A stretch of DNA of 64,000 bases from Candidatus Falkowbacteria bacterium (lineage in GTDB: Bacteria > Patescibacteriota > Patescibacteriia > Patescibacteriales > WJLG01), in NCBI GenBank assembly GCA_963747695.1, contig CAVVFV010000008.1, positions 11,592 to 75,591 of the forward strand, in the 5' to 3' direction. Each line of letters starts with the position of its first letter. Within the stretch, counting starts at the first letter, position 1. This document shows, piece after piece, positions 1 to 8,759 of the stretch. The position numbers and the translations under genes were made by a program. The notes under the pieces were generated by a model. That model was given only the letters and a program-made list of their open reading frames with translations. It did no database searches and had not been told where the DNA came from.

Positions 1-1
1 A

Positions 2-208
2 CAGTACAAGTTCTTGGATTTGAAGCAGCTGGTGGAGAGATCTGAATCAATTATGGCCCAGGCTCAAGTCATCTGGACCGAGGTCACCTTGGCCTTCCAT
101 CCGGAAATGGCCGAGAAAATGACCAAAGCCAGAGGACACACCGGGCTGACCAGCGTAAGGTCAACGGACACCGATGTCATGATGGAAGACATCAAAGCTC
201 GCCGATAA
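2..208 (+). CDS. C-terminal fragment of a protein that starts upstream of the window (hypothetical)
   Basis: The frame is open from base 2, so the TTG at 14 in the track is probably internal. The stop TAA at 206-208 is followed by hairpins. Confidence 0.4.
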   Translation, partial: QYKFLDLKQLVERSESIMAQAQVIWTEVTLAFHPEMAEKMTKARGHTGLTSVRSTDTDVMMEDIKARR

Positions 209-228
209 ACGATTATCGGCATCACCAT

Positions 229-267
229 GCGGCTGTTTTGCAATGAAAGCAAAGCAGCCGTTTTTTT
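229..267 (+). terminator. Rho-independent terminator
   Basis: GCGGCTGTTTTGC...GCAAAGCAGCCG stem followed by T7. A smaller hairpin, GCCGATAA-ACGA-TTATCGGC (201-220), overlaps the stop codon. Confidence 0.7.
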
Positions 268-281
268 GTTGGCGGCGTTTG

Positions 282-292
282 TGTGCTATAAT
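282..292 (+). promoter_or_regulatory. Extended -10 promoter TGTGCTATAAT
   Basis: TGnTATAAT. The identical 11-mer recurs at 4024-4034 and 53285-53295, each upstream of a gene. Confidence 0.5.
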
Positions 293-303
293 TATATTGT
301 CTT

Positions 304-413
304 ATAATACGAATACAGCGAATTCTTCGCGAATACTACGAAATCCACGAATCGAATTATAATTCGTTAAAATGTTCGCGGTATTCGCGTAAAATTTGCA
401 GTATTCGCATTAT
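304..413. repeat. Intergenic palindromic element, CGAATAC-word family
   Basis: Left arm ATAATACGAATACAGCGAATTCTTCGCGAATACTACGAA is the imperfect reverse complement of TTCGCGGTATTCGCGTAAAATTTGCAGTATTCGCATTAT. It lies between the promoter at 282 and the kinase start. Confidence 0.8.
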
Positions 414-441
414 ATAACCAAGCTTGCTAAACAAAAAAACT

Positions 442-1425
442 ATGAAGTATGATTTTATCGCCGTCGGCGGCATAGTCGAAGATATCACTTTTTATACTGA
501 AGAAGGAGTGATGATTGATAATAAAGATGATGTCTTAAAACAAAAGCTGGTCGGTTTTGAATTGGGGGCGAAGATCCGCATCACCGATGTCAGCCGTTTT
601 CCCGGCGGCGGGGCCAACAACGCCGCGGTCTGTCTCTCTAAGCTGGGATTTAAAACCGCGCTCCTGGCGGCGGTGGGCGAAGACGAGCCGGCCAAAAAGA
701 TGATCAAGAATCTGGCCGAGAACGGCGTCGATACCCGGCTGGTCAGGATCTTGCGCGGACAAGAGACTGGATTTTCCTTCGTGGTAATCAATAAAGATCG
801 CGAGCACGTCGCCTTTGTTTATCGCGGCGCCAATTCGCTTCTGGCCGTTTCCAAGATCGAAGCGCAGATGATGCATTACGCCCGCTGGCTCTATGTCGCT
901 TCGCTTTCCGGAGAATGGGAAAAAGTTTTGGATAAAGTTTTCGGCGTCAAAGACGCGCTGGTCGCCTGGAACCCGGGCAATGTGCAGTTGGCCGCCGGCG
1001 CCGGACACCTGCATAAGTATATGAAAAAAACCGCCGTGTTTATGGTCAATAAGGATGAAGCCACTGAATTGGTTATTAGCGAAGGAAAAAATAAGAATAA
1101 AGATGAAAAGTTTTTTCAGGAGACCAAGAATCTGCTGGTCGCTTTGAAGGAATTGGGTCCGGCCGCGGTTTTGATCACTGCTGGCGGTCAAGGCGCGGAT
1201 TTTTACGACGGCGAATTTTTTCATCATGAGAAATCTTTGCAGGTGCCTGCCGCCAAGATCGCCGATACCACCGGCGTGGGCGATTCCTTCTGCGCCACCT
1301 TCGTCGCCGGTCTGGAAATGTATGAGGGCGATTATAAAAAAGCGATGAAGCTCGCGATGAAGAACGCCGCCGCCAATCTCAAGGAAGAAGGCGCGCAAAA
1401 CGGACTACTCTCAATTAAGAATTAA
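442..1425 (+). CDS. PfkB-family carbohydrate kinase (ribokinase-like)
   Basis: GGGANNAA near the N-terminus and DTTGVGDSF (PfkB signature 2) near the C-terminus. I prefer the ATG at 442 over the TTG at 424. Confidence 0.8.
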   Translation: MKYDFIAVGGIVEDITFYTEEGVMIDNKDDVLKQKLVGFELGAKIRITDVSRFPGGGANNAAVCLSKLGFKTALLAAVGEDEPAKKMIKNLAENGVDTRLVRILRGQETGFSFVVINKDREHVAFVYRGANSLLAVSKIEAQMMHYARWLYVASLSGEWEKVLDKVFGVKDALVAWNPGNVQLAAGAGHLHKYMKKTAVFMVNKDEATELVISEGKNKNKDEKFFQETKNLLVALKELGPAAVLITAGGQGADFYDGEFFHHEKSLQVPAAKIADTTGVGDSFCATFVAGLEMYEGDYKKAMKLAMKNAAANLKEEGAQNGLLSIKN

Positions 1426-1838
1426 GAGATAAGAGAGAAAAGATTAGAAATTATAATTTACTAATTAAATGGAGGGGATAACGCAAACAAAAAGTTTTAA
1501 ATTTGGCTTGAGAATAATTAATTTATATAAATATTTGACTGAACGAAAGAAGGAATATATTATTTCAAAGCAAGTTTTAAGAAGCGGGACTTCTATTGGC
1601 GCTAATATGGAAGAAGCCGTAGGCGGACAAAGTAGAGCCGATTTTTACGCAAAAATATGTATCGCCTACAAGGAGGCCAGAGAAACCGTTTATTGGCTAA
1701 AATTATTACGAGGTGGATGTTACATTGAAGAAAACGATTTTATATCTATTTATAAGGATTGCGAAGAACTTTGCAAACTTCTGGGAAAGACTAAAATAAC
1801 GATGACGAAGTAGCAATTTCTTCTCTCTTCTCTCTTAA
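1422..1838. repeat. Composite palindromic cassette (AGAGAGA-word arms) enclosing a four-helix-bundle ORF
   Basis: Arms are at 1422-1443 (TTAAGAGATAAGAGAGAAAAGA) and 1817-1838 (TTTCTTCTCTCTTCTCTCTTAA). They are reverse complements with 3 mismatches. Confidence 0.75.
1469..1813 (+). CDS. Four helix bundle protein (23S rRNA intervening-sequence protein / Avd-like family)
   Basis: RSGTSIGANMEEA and KEARETVYWLKLL motifs are typical of the family. Length is 114 aa. Confidence 0.8.
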   Translation: MEGITQTKSFKFGLRIINLYKYLTERKKEYIISKQVLRSGTSIGANMEEAVGGQSRADFYAKICIAYKEARETVYWLKLLRGGCYIEENDFISIYKDCEELCKLLGKTKITMTK

Positions 1839-2807
1839 ATGAATATCTTAATTACGGGCGGTGCCGGTTTCATCGGCTCGGATTTTATCAGGTTTTGGTT
1901 GGAAAAATATCCGGAAGATAAGATTATCAATCTGGATGTTTTGACGTACGCGGGAAATCTGGAAAATCTGCGGGCGGTGAAAAACAATCCCAACTATAAG
2001 TTCATCAAAGGCGATATCTGCGATGCCAATCTGGTCAATAAATTGGTGAAAGGCGTCGATTTGATCGTCAATTTTGCGGCGGAGTCGCATGTCGATCGTT
2101 CGATAATCGATAGCGCCGACTTTATCCGCACCAACGTCGAAGGCACCCGCGTTTTGCTGGACGCCGCAAGGAACAACGGTTCGCTCCGGTTTCATCATAT
2201 TTCCACTGACGAGGTTTTCGGCCACCTCGAGCCTAATGATCCGCCTTTCAACGAAAGAACGCCGTATAATCCGCGCAGTCCTTATGCCGCTTCCAAAGCC
2301 GCGGCCGATCATCTGGTCCGCGCCTATTTCAATACTTACGGCTTGCCGATCACCATTTCCAACTGTTCCAATAATTACGGCCCGTTCCAGCATCCGGAAA
2401 AATTCATTCCGTCGGCGATTACCAATATTTTACAAGGGAAAAAGATCGCGCTGTACGGTTCGGGAGAAAATATCCGCGACTGGATCAATGTCCGCGACCA
2501 TATCCGCGGCGTGGAAGCGGTCATCAAACAAGGCCAGAGCGGGGAGACTTATTGTCTGGGCGGCGGTGGAGAAATGACGAACTTGAATCTGGCGAAAAAG
2601 ATTCTGGCGCTGTTGGGAGAAGGCGAAGAAAAACTGGAATTTGTCGCCGACCGCCGGGGCCACGACCGCCGCTATGCGATCGATTCAAGCCGGGCACAGC
2701 GAGAATTGGGTTGGAAAAAAGAAATCGATTTCGACTTGGGTCTCGCCGAGACGGTCAGCTGGTATAAGAGCAATCGCTCTTGGTGGGAGAAATTAAAGAA
2801 TCGCTAA
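1839..2807 (+). CDS. rfbB: dTDP-glucose 4,6-dehydratase
   Basis: ITGGAGFIGS Rossmann motif, HISTDEVFG, and YAASKAAADHL (YxxxK). Confidence 0.9.
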   Translation: MNILITGGAGFIGSDFIRFWLEKYPEDKIINLDVLTYAGNLENLRAVKNNPNYKFIKGDICDANLVNKLVKGVDLIVNFAAESHVDRSIIDSADFIRTNVEGTRVLLDAARNNGSLRFHHISTDEVFGHLEPNDPPFNERTPYNPRSPYAASKAAADHLVRAYFNTYGLPITISNCSNNYGPFQHPEKFIPSAITNILQGKKIALYGSGENIRDWINVRDHIRGVEAVIKQGQSGETYCLGGGGEMTNLNLAKKILALLGEGEEKLEFVADRRGHDRRYAIDSSRAQRELGWKKEIDFDLGLAETVSWYKSNRSWWEKLKNR

Positions 2808-3436
2808 TGAACATCAGCCTTAATCAGCATAAGAAGATTTTTATCATTTGCGCCGCCGTTACGGTGCTCGGTTTATGCGCTTACACTTTTTTTGTGGCGC
2901 TAAGGGAGTCAGGTATTTCGGCGCTGGCTTCATCGACAATTAAGAACGTCAGCATCAAGCTGCCTGCCAACACCAGCTATCAGGTTGGCCAAAAATATTC
3001 GCTTTCCTGGAGTTCGGATTGCCGCGGCGGCACGGTGATGGTCTGGCTGTCGACCGCTTCCTCGAGCAAAGCGAACATCGGGATCCTGGTGCCGCTGGCG
3101 AGTTTTTCGGCGGCTGACTTTGGAACCAAAAGCCAAGATGACCGGATATTTTTCAATGATCCCTGGAAATTCATCCTGAGTCAAAACGCCAATAAGGGAA
3201 AAATAACCTGGACGGTTCCGCAAAAATTGAGCCTCGACAAGTCGCTTTTTGGCGGTTCCGTCGGAGTTTATTATATCTATTCTTTAGCCGACGGGCGGTA
3301 CGCCCTGCACAAGATCGTCGAGCAGCTGGTGGAAATGTCGGTAATGCCGGATAATTATTATCTGCGCGTCGACATCAAAGGGAAGAACGGCTGCGAAGCC
3401 ACGGGGTACAGTTCGGCGATAAAAATTATCAGATAG
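2807..3436 (+). CDS. Hypothetical membrane-anchored or secreted protein
   Basis: The ATG overlaps the rfbB stop (TAATG). It has an N-terminal hydrophobic helix and no recognisable motif. Confidence 0.55.
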   Translation: MNISLNQHKKIFIICAAVTVLGLCAYTFFVALRESGISALASSTIKNVSIKLPANTSYQVGQKYSLSWSSDCRGGTVMVWLSTASSSKANIGILVPLASFSAADFGTKSQDDRIFFNDPWKFILSQNANKGKITWTVPQKLSLDKSLFGGSVGVYYIYSLADGRYALHKIVEQLVEMSVMPDNYYLRVDIKGKNGCEATGYSSAIKIIR

Positions 3437-3437
3437 C

Positions 3438-3501
3438 AGATAAGAGAGAAGAGAGCAGAGATTTTTAAGCGTCTCTTATCTCTTCTCTCTTAATTCTTAT
3501 C
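3438..3501. repeat. Intergenic palindrome, AGAGAGA-word family, 'empty' (no ORF)
   Basis: AGATAAGAGAGAAGAGAG ... CTCTTATCTCTTCTCTCTTAATTCTTATC. It uses the same vocabulary as the arms flanking the 4HB gene at 1469. Confidence 0.7.
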
Positions 3502-3510
3502 TTTATTTTA

Positions 3511-3924
3511 ATGTCTTGCATTTTTTGTAAAATCATCGCCAAGGAAATTCCGGCTGCAGTTGTTTATGAGGATGAAAGATGCCTGGCTTTTTTGGATATC
3601 AATTACGTCAATCCCGGGCACACTTTATTGATCCCGAAGGATCATTATCCTTCCCTCGTTGACACGCCGGACGAGTTAGTGGCCTATTTGTTTATCAAAG
3701 CCAAGGATTTGCTGGTAAAAATAAAGCAGGCGATGGGCGCGGATTTCGTGGAAATTTGTGTCCTCGGCAATGATGTCCCGCATTTTCATATTCACTTTAT
3801 CCCTCGTTATTTCAATGATGGTTTGAGCAACGCTTGGCCGACCAAGGCTTACGCCGAAGGAGAGATGGCCAAGGTGGCTAAAAAGATCAGTCAGGAAACC
3901 GGCTATCATCCCCGCGGTAAGTAG
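3511..3924 (+). CDS. HIT-family (histidine triad) protein
   Basis: HFHIHFIP matches the HxHxHxx triad. Confidence 0.85.
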   Translation: MSCIFCKIIAKEIPAAVVYEDERCLAFLDINYVNPGHTLLIPKDHYPSLVDTPDELVAYLFIKAKDLLVKIKQAMGADFVEICVLGNDVPHFHIHFIPRYFNDGLSNAWPTKAYAEGEMAKVAKKISQETGYHPRGK

Positions 3925-3940
3925 CCGGCAATTCAGCTGA

Positions 3941-3966
3941 AAATAGCTTTAAAAGGCTATTTTTTG
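3941..3966 (+). terminator. Rho-independent terminator
   Basis: AAATAGC-loop-GCTATTT followed by a T run. Confidence 0.55.
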
Positions 3967-4023
3967 TTAGTATCAAGCGCGGAGAGGATGCCCAGACGAA
4001 AACGTTTTTGCTTATGATAAGTT

Positions 4024-4034
4024 TGTGCTATAAT
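4024..4034 (+). promoter_or_regulatory. Extended -10 promoter TGTGCTATAAT
   Basis: The identical 11-mer to 282-292, 39 nt upstream of the ATG at 4073. Confidence 0.5.
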
Positions 4035-4072
4035 ATTATCGTAAATTCAATAATTATCTAACCATTAAAGAT

Positions 4073-4495
4073 ATGAAAAACATCTTTATTATCGAGGATG
4101 ATATCACCTTGGCCGGGGCGATGCAGACCCAGTTCAATCTGAACGGCTTTAACACCGAGATCAACCGTGGCAACGAGGAAGATATCGAGGCCCTGATCAA
4201 CGAAATCAAGAAAGTCGATGCCGACATCGTGATCTTGGATTTGATCCTTCCCAAACTCGACGGATTCGAGATCATCAAGAAGATCAGGGAGGATGAAGAA
4301 ATTTCGGACATCTATATCTTCATCTTTACTGATGTTTCCGACGAGGACAGCAAAGCCCGCGGCTTGCGGATGGGCGCCAACCAGTATTTTATCAAGGAAG
4401 ATTTCAGCCCCGAGGAGTTCGCCGAAAAGGTGAAAAAGATCATGGTCAATCGCGAGGCGATGGAAAAAAGCGAAGGGAACACTTACCAAGTTTAA
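4073..4495 (+). CDS. Stand-alone response-regulator receiver domain (CheY-like)
   Basis: DIVILDLILPKLDG acceptor-Asp context. At 140 aa it has no output domain. Confidence 0.8.
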   Translation: MKNIFIIEDDITLAGAMQTQFNLNGFNTEINRGNEEDIEALINEIKKVDADIVILDLILPKLDGFEIIKKIREDEEISDIYIFIFTDVSDEDSKARGLRMGANQYFIKEDFSPEEFAEKVKKIMVNREAMEKSEGNTYQV

Positions 4496-4515
4496 AATTT
4501 TAGCCGGATAAAAGC

Positions 4516-6387
4516 ATGGTGTTAAAGAAAAATTTTTTTAGCCGAAGAAACATTATTATTTTCAGTATCATTATCGTGGTCGTCGGGGGCGCGGTAGTTT
4601 TTTTTGCGACCCGGAAAAACAATAACACGAGCTACGTGACCGATCTGGTCGTCAAGAAAGATCTGCTCGAGACGGTCAGCGAAGTCGGTACGGTGGAATC
4701 GCCCAGCCAGATCGATTTGAATTTTACCACCCCGGGAAAATTGGCGGCAAAGTTCGTCGGCGTCGGCGCCGAGATCAAGACCGGCGAAGTTCTGGCCCAG
4801 CTTGATTTTCAGACCTTGTCCATCCAGCGCGATCAAGCTCAGGCGAATTTGGCGAAATTATTACAAGGCGCGACTCCGGCGCAAATTGCCGTGGCTCAAG
4901 CGCAAGTCGACCAGGCCAACGCCGCCAATGCGGCCGCGGTCGATAATTTAAATAAGACCAATCTCTCGGTGGCCGAAGATATCAAACAGGCGCAGGCTAA
5001 TCTGAACGATCTGCAAGGTCTGACGGCGACGGTCACCACTTTTCAGCAAGCGGTCCTTTCGGGGCAAACAGCGCTGGCCAACGCGCAGACTGATTATCAG
5101 AAATCGATCGACAGCGCCACGCAAAATTTACTTAATGACCTTAACGGCAAATTGTCGTCGGCGGTTTCCGCCTTGGACGGTGTTAACGTAATAATCACCG
5201 ACGACAACGTCAAGAATTATTTAAGCTCGGAAAATACGACTTATTTATCGCTCACTAAGAATGATTATGACAGCGCCCAGACTTTATTGACGACCGCCAA
5301 CGGCAGCGTCGCGGCAGTGGACGGCGTGAAAAGCCAGGCCAATCTGGACCAGGCTGCCGGTGATACTTTAATTTGTTTGAAAAAAATTTCCGATTGTCTG
5401 GATAACTTGTATAATGCGCTGATCAACAGCGCGATTTCCAGCCAGACCGTTTTGGCTGCCGATAAATCCAATACCAGCGCCCAGATTACGGCCATCAATG
5501 CGGCGATCAGCGTTATTACCGTTGATCAGCAAAATATGGACAATGCCTATCTGTCGTATAGCACCAATGTTACGGCGGCGCAGAATGGTTTAAGTTCCGC
5601 GCAATCGGCTTGGGATCAGGCAATTACCAATGCGAAGAACGCGTTGGCGACGGCTCAGGTCGGCGGCAATCAGGAAATTTCCGCCGCGAGCAATGGCGTG
5701 AGCACGGCCAAACAAGCCTTGGATGTGGCGCAAAAACAGCTGGCGCAACTGAAAGCTCCGCCCCGAGTCGAGGATGTCAATTTGGCGCAGGCGGCGCTCG
5801 ATCTGGCCAACAAGCAGATCCAAGATGATATGATCACCTCGCCGATCGACGGGCAGGTGATCAAAGATAATTATGAAGTCGGCGAACAGACCAACCTGGC
5901 GACTCCGGTCTTTTCGGTCTTGGCAGAGAACGACCTGGAGGTCAGCGTGGAAATTTCCGAATCCGATATTGCCAAGCTCAAAGAAGGTGATGCGGTCGAA
6001 ATAACTTTGGATGCTTTTGGTCCTGATCAAAAATTCAACGGCAGCGTCTATTTCATCGATCCGGCTTCGACCGTCATCCAGGATGTGACTTACTATCGGG
6101 TAAAAATAAAGTTTACCGATCCGGCCGCGCAATTGGCGGCGATCAAGCCGGGAATGACCGCCAACGTGACGGTGATCGCCGACAAGCGGACCAATGTGCT
6201 CACCGTGCCGGAACGAGCCGTGATCGTCAATACCGACGGCAGCAAGATCGTCCGGATTTTAACCAAAGGAAAAATTACCGAAGTTCCGGTCAAAGTCGGT
6301 CTAAGAGGCGATGACGGTTCAGTGGAAATCACCGAAGGAAACTTGCAGACGGGCCAGACAGTCGTCGTGTTTATCAACGCTCAATAG
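4516..6387 (+). CDS. Efflux-type periplasmic adaptor (HlyD/MacA-like) with a very long coiled coil
   Basis: It has an N-terminal TM helix, lipoyl-like halves (GEVLAQLD ... ITSPIDGQVI) and a beta-barrel tail. About 340 aa of Ala/Gln-rich helix lies between the halves. Confidence 0.7.
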   Translation: MVLKKNFFSRRNIIIFSIIIVVVGGAVVFFATRKNNNTSYVTDLVVKKDLLETVSEVGTVESPSQIDLNFTTPGKLAAKFVGVGAEIKTGEVLAQLDFQTLSIQRDQAQANLAKLLQGATPAQIAVAQAQVDQANAANAAAVDNLNKTNLSVAEDIKQAQANLNDLQGLTATVTTFQQAVLSGQTALANAQTDYQKSIDSATQNLLNDLNGKLSSAVSALDGVNVIITDDNVKNYLSSENTTYLSLTKNDYDSAQTLLTTANGSVAAVDGVKSQANLDQAAGDTLICLKKISDCLDNLYNALINSAISSQTVLAADKSNTSAQITAINAAISVITVDQQNMDNAYLSYSTNVTAAQNGLSSAQSAWDQAITNAKNALATAQVGGNQEISAASNGVSTAKQALDVAQKQLAQLKAPPRVEDVNLAQAALDLANKQIQDDMITSPIDGQVIKDNYEVGEQTNLATPVFSVLAENDLEVSVEISESDIAKLKEGDAVEITLDAFGPDQKFNGSVYFIDPASTVIQDVTYYRVKIKFTDPAAQLAAIKPGMTANVTVIADKRTNVLTVPERAVIVNTDGSKIVRILTKGKITEVPVKVGLRGDDGSVEITEGNLQTGQTVVVFINAQ

Positions 6388-6396
6388 TTTCCGTGG

Positions 6397-6456
6397 GAAC
6401 GCAATACTTTGCGTTCAAATTTCGCGGGAGAAAAAAGCGCGCAAAATATTGCGCGC
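6397..6456 (+). other. Two 8-bp hairpins of similar design
   Basis: GAACGCAA-TACT-TTGCGTTC (6397-6416) and GCGCGCAA-AATA-TTGCGCGC (6437-6456). Neither has a T run. Confidence 0.5.
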
Positions 6457-6528
6457 CTACGATAAATAATTTTATTTGTTCAGGCGTTATGCTGTTTGGG
6501 AGGCAACATAGCCGATAATTCTGTTGAA

Positions 6529-7569
6529 ATGAAACTAGTGATTTTTGCCGGAGGCGTTGGCACCAGATTATGGCCGCTTTCCCGAGTCAATTCTCCCAAA
6601 CAATTTGATCGGATTTTTAATGGCGCTTCCACTTTGCAGCTGGCGTTCGACCGTACCGCTCCGGTTTTCGGCGCGAAAAATATTTTCATTCAGACGGTCG
6701 AACCGTATCGGGAAATCATTGCCAAACAATTGCCGAATTTGCCCCGGGAAAATATCCTGATCGAACCGTCCCGGCGCGATCTGGGTGCGGCAGTTTGCCT
6801 GGCGGCGGCCGAGTTGCGGCGGCGGGGATATCAGGGAGCCATGGCAATCCTCTGGTCGGATCATCTGATGAAACGGACGGAAGAATTTACCGGCGCGCTC
6901 GGCGAGGCGGAAAGATTGATCAACGCCGAGCCGGACCGTTTTATCTTTCTGGCCGAGCAGCCCAGATTTGCCAATAATAATTTAGGCTGGATAAAACTGG
7001 GAGAGAAGATCAATGCTTCCGGAACTTTCGCTCTGCACCGTTTTGCCGGCTGGAAATATCGGCCGCATCTGATTGAGTGCCAGGAAATGTTCGCCGACGG
7101 TCAGCATTTTTGGAATCCCGGCTATTTCGTCACTTCGATTGATTTTCTCCTGCAAAGCTACGAGCGGCTGGCTCCGGACATTTATCAGCCGGTCATGGCG
7201 GGAGATTATCGCGCGGCGGCAGTGAAACATTTTGATGAAGCAATCATCGAAAAATTGGATCTTTCGCGGGCGGCGGTGATCAAACTGAATATGGGTTGGT
7301 CGGATCCGGGAACTTTGTATGCCTTGAAAGAAGCTTTGCAAAAAAGTTGCGAAGAAAATGTCGCCCACGGCCAAGTGGCGGCTTATAATACCGATGATTG
7401 CCTGCTGTATAATCTGGAAAAAGGAAAGATTCTGACCGCGGTCGGCTTGTCGGGAATGGTGGTAATCAATACGCCCGACGCGTTACTGGTCGTCCCCAAA
7501 AGCGAAGTCGTCCACGTCACCAAACTGATTAAAAAAATGGAGGAATCAGGATTGCAGCAATTTTTATAA
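6529..7569 (+). CDS. Mannose-1-phosphate guanylyltransferase-like nucleotidyltransferase
   Basis: FAGGVGTRLWPLSR signature. I prefer the ATG at 6529 (MKLVIFAGG). Confidence 0.8.
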   Translation: MKLVIFAGGVGTRLWPLSRVNSPKQFDRIFNGASTLQLAFDRTAPVFGAKNIFIQTVEPYREIIAKQLPNLPRENILIEPSRRDLGAAVCLAAAELRRRGYQGAMAILWSDHLMKRTEEFTGALGEAERLINAEPDRFIFLAEQPRFANNNLGWIKLGEKINASGTFALHRFAGWKYRPHLIECQEMFADGQHFWNPGYFVTSIDFLLQSYERLAPDIYQPVMAGDYRAAAVKHFDEAIIEKLDLSRAAVIKLNMGWSDPGTLYALKEALQKSCEENVAHGQVAAYNTDDCLLYNLEKGKILTAVGLSGMVVINTPDALLVVPKSEVVHVTKLIKKMEESGLQQFL

Positions 7570-7689
7570 ATTGAGATGTTTACCAAATTTTATAATCATC
7601 TCTTTAATCAGCCTGTCTAAAATAATTTTCAGCCGTTGCCGATATTTTTTTAAAAACGGAGAAGATTATTTTAAAGAAGCGCCAGCGTA

Positions 7690-8745
7690 ATGTCTTTTAA
7701 AATCATCAAGTATTTATTTTCAGCCCTGGCTATCGCCGTCGTCATCGCCGCCGTTATAATTTTTTCTTACTACAGCGACATCAATACGCCCGCCAATGAA
7801 AACGGGACGGCGATTAAATTCACGGTGGCGAAAGGCGAAGGGGTCAAACAGATCAGCCAGGAGCTGTTTCAAGCCGGTTTGATCAGATCAAAATTTCATT
7901 TTACGACTTATGTGTCGCAGACCAAGACTGCGGCAAATATGCAAGCCGGCGTATACCAGCTTAGCCCGGCGATGACTATCAAACAAATCGTAGCGGAATT
8001 GGTGGCGGGAAAGGTTATCAATGAAGAAAAGGAGATCACTATTATTCCGGGCTGGAATTTGCGGGACATCGCCCAATATTTTCAAAGCGCGGGCATCGCT
8101 TCCTCCACCGCCTTTTATAAATTGGCTGGCGAGCCTTTGCATAAATATGCCAGCGGCAGCTTGCCTGATTATGCGGCTGAATTCTCGGTTCTGGCTGACA
8201 AACCCAAAAATTACAGTCTGGAAGGTTATCTTTTCCCGGATACCTATCGGGTTTATAACAACGCCAAGCCCGCAGACGTAATTTTGAAAATGATCGGCAA
8301 CCTGGACGCTAAATTTACCCCGCAAATGCGCTCCGACATCGCCCAGCAAGGCAAGACTATTTATCAGATCATCACCATGGCTTCGATTATTGAAAAAGAG
8401 GTGAGGAAGACCGAGGATATGAAAATAGTTTCGGGGATATTCTGGAATCGGCTTAAGATCGCCCAGCCCCTCGGTTCTGACGCGACGCTAAGCTATATCT
8501 ATAACGACAACAACGCCGCTCATTCGCTTGAGCAAATCAAAGTCGACTCGCCTTATAACACTTATCGCTTTGCCGGCTTGCCGCCCGGACCGATCTGCAA
8601 CCCGTCGCTCGACGCGATTATGGCGGCGATCTATCCCGCCGCGACTGATTATTATTATTTCTTGACCAATCCGGCCAACGGCGAAACTATCTTTGCCAAA
8701 ACTCTTGACGAACATAATCGGAATAAACAGAAATATTTGAGATAA
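7690..8745 (+). CDS. mltG: Endolytic murein transglycosylase MltG (YceG-like)
   Basis: N-terminal TM helix, GIFWNRL, LGSDATLSY and SPYNTYRFAGLPPGPICNP. Confidence 0.85.
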   Translation: MSFKIIKYLFSALAIAVVIAAVIIFSYYSDINTPANENGTAIKFTVAKGEGVKQISQELFQAGLIRSKFHFTTYVSQTKTAANMQAGVYQLSPAMTIKQIVAELVAGKVINEEKEITIIPGWNLRDIAQYFQSAGIASSTAFYKLAGEPLHKYASGSLPDYAAEFSVLADKPKNYSLEGYLFPDTYRVYNNAKPADVILKMIGNLDAKFTPQMRSDIAQQGKTIYQIITMASIIEKEVRKTEDMKIVSGIFWNRLKIAQPLGSDATLSYIYNDNNAAHSLEQIKVDSPYNTYRFAGLPPGPICNPSLDAIMAAIYPAATDYYYFLTNPANGETIFAKTLDEHNRNKQKYLR

Positions 8746-8759
8746 AAATATCGCTAAAC

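Noticed and set aside
535-1398. Long antisense or out-of-frame ORFs in the track. Examples are 535-1398(-), 1848-2393(-), 5590-6132(-), 16262-16933(-), 39889-40569(-), 40597-41031(-), 45800-46291(-), 53309-53941(-), 55020-55928(-) and 27506-28093(+).
   Set aside because: Each lies entirely inside a well-supported gene on the other strand or frame that carries clear family motifs. Their translations are Arg/Gly/Ile-rich with no motifs, which is typical of shadow ORFs.
1469-1813. Diversity-generating retroelement, considered because four-helix-bundle proteins are Avd homologues.
   Set aside because: The window has no reverse transcriptase ORF and no template/variable repeat pair that I could see. 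A DGR elsewhere in the genome, for example targeting the C-terminus of the giant protein beyond 64000, cannot be excluded.
7620-7672. An imperfect AT-rich hairpin (AAAATAATTTTCAGCCGTT...AACGGAGAAGATTATTTT) upstream of mltG, considered as another element-family member.
   Set aside because: It is a single occurrence with several mismatches and no shared word vocabulary with the other families. The evidence is insufficient.
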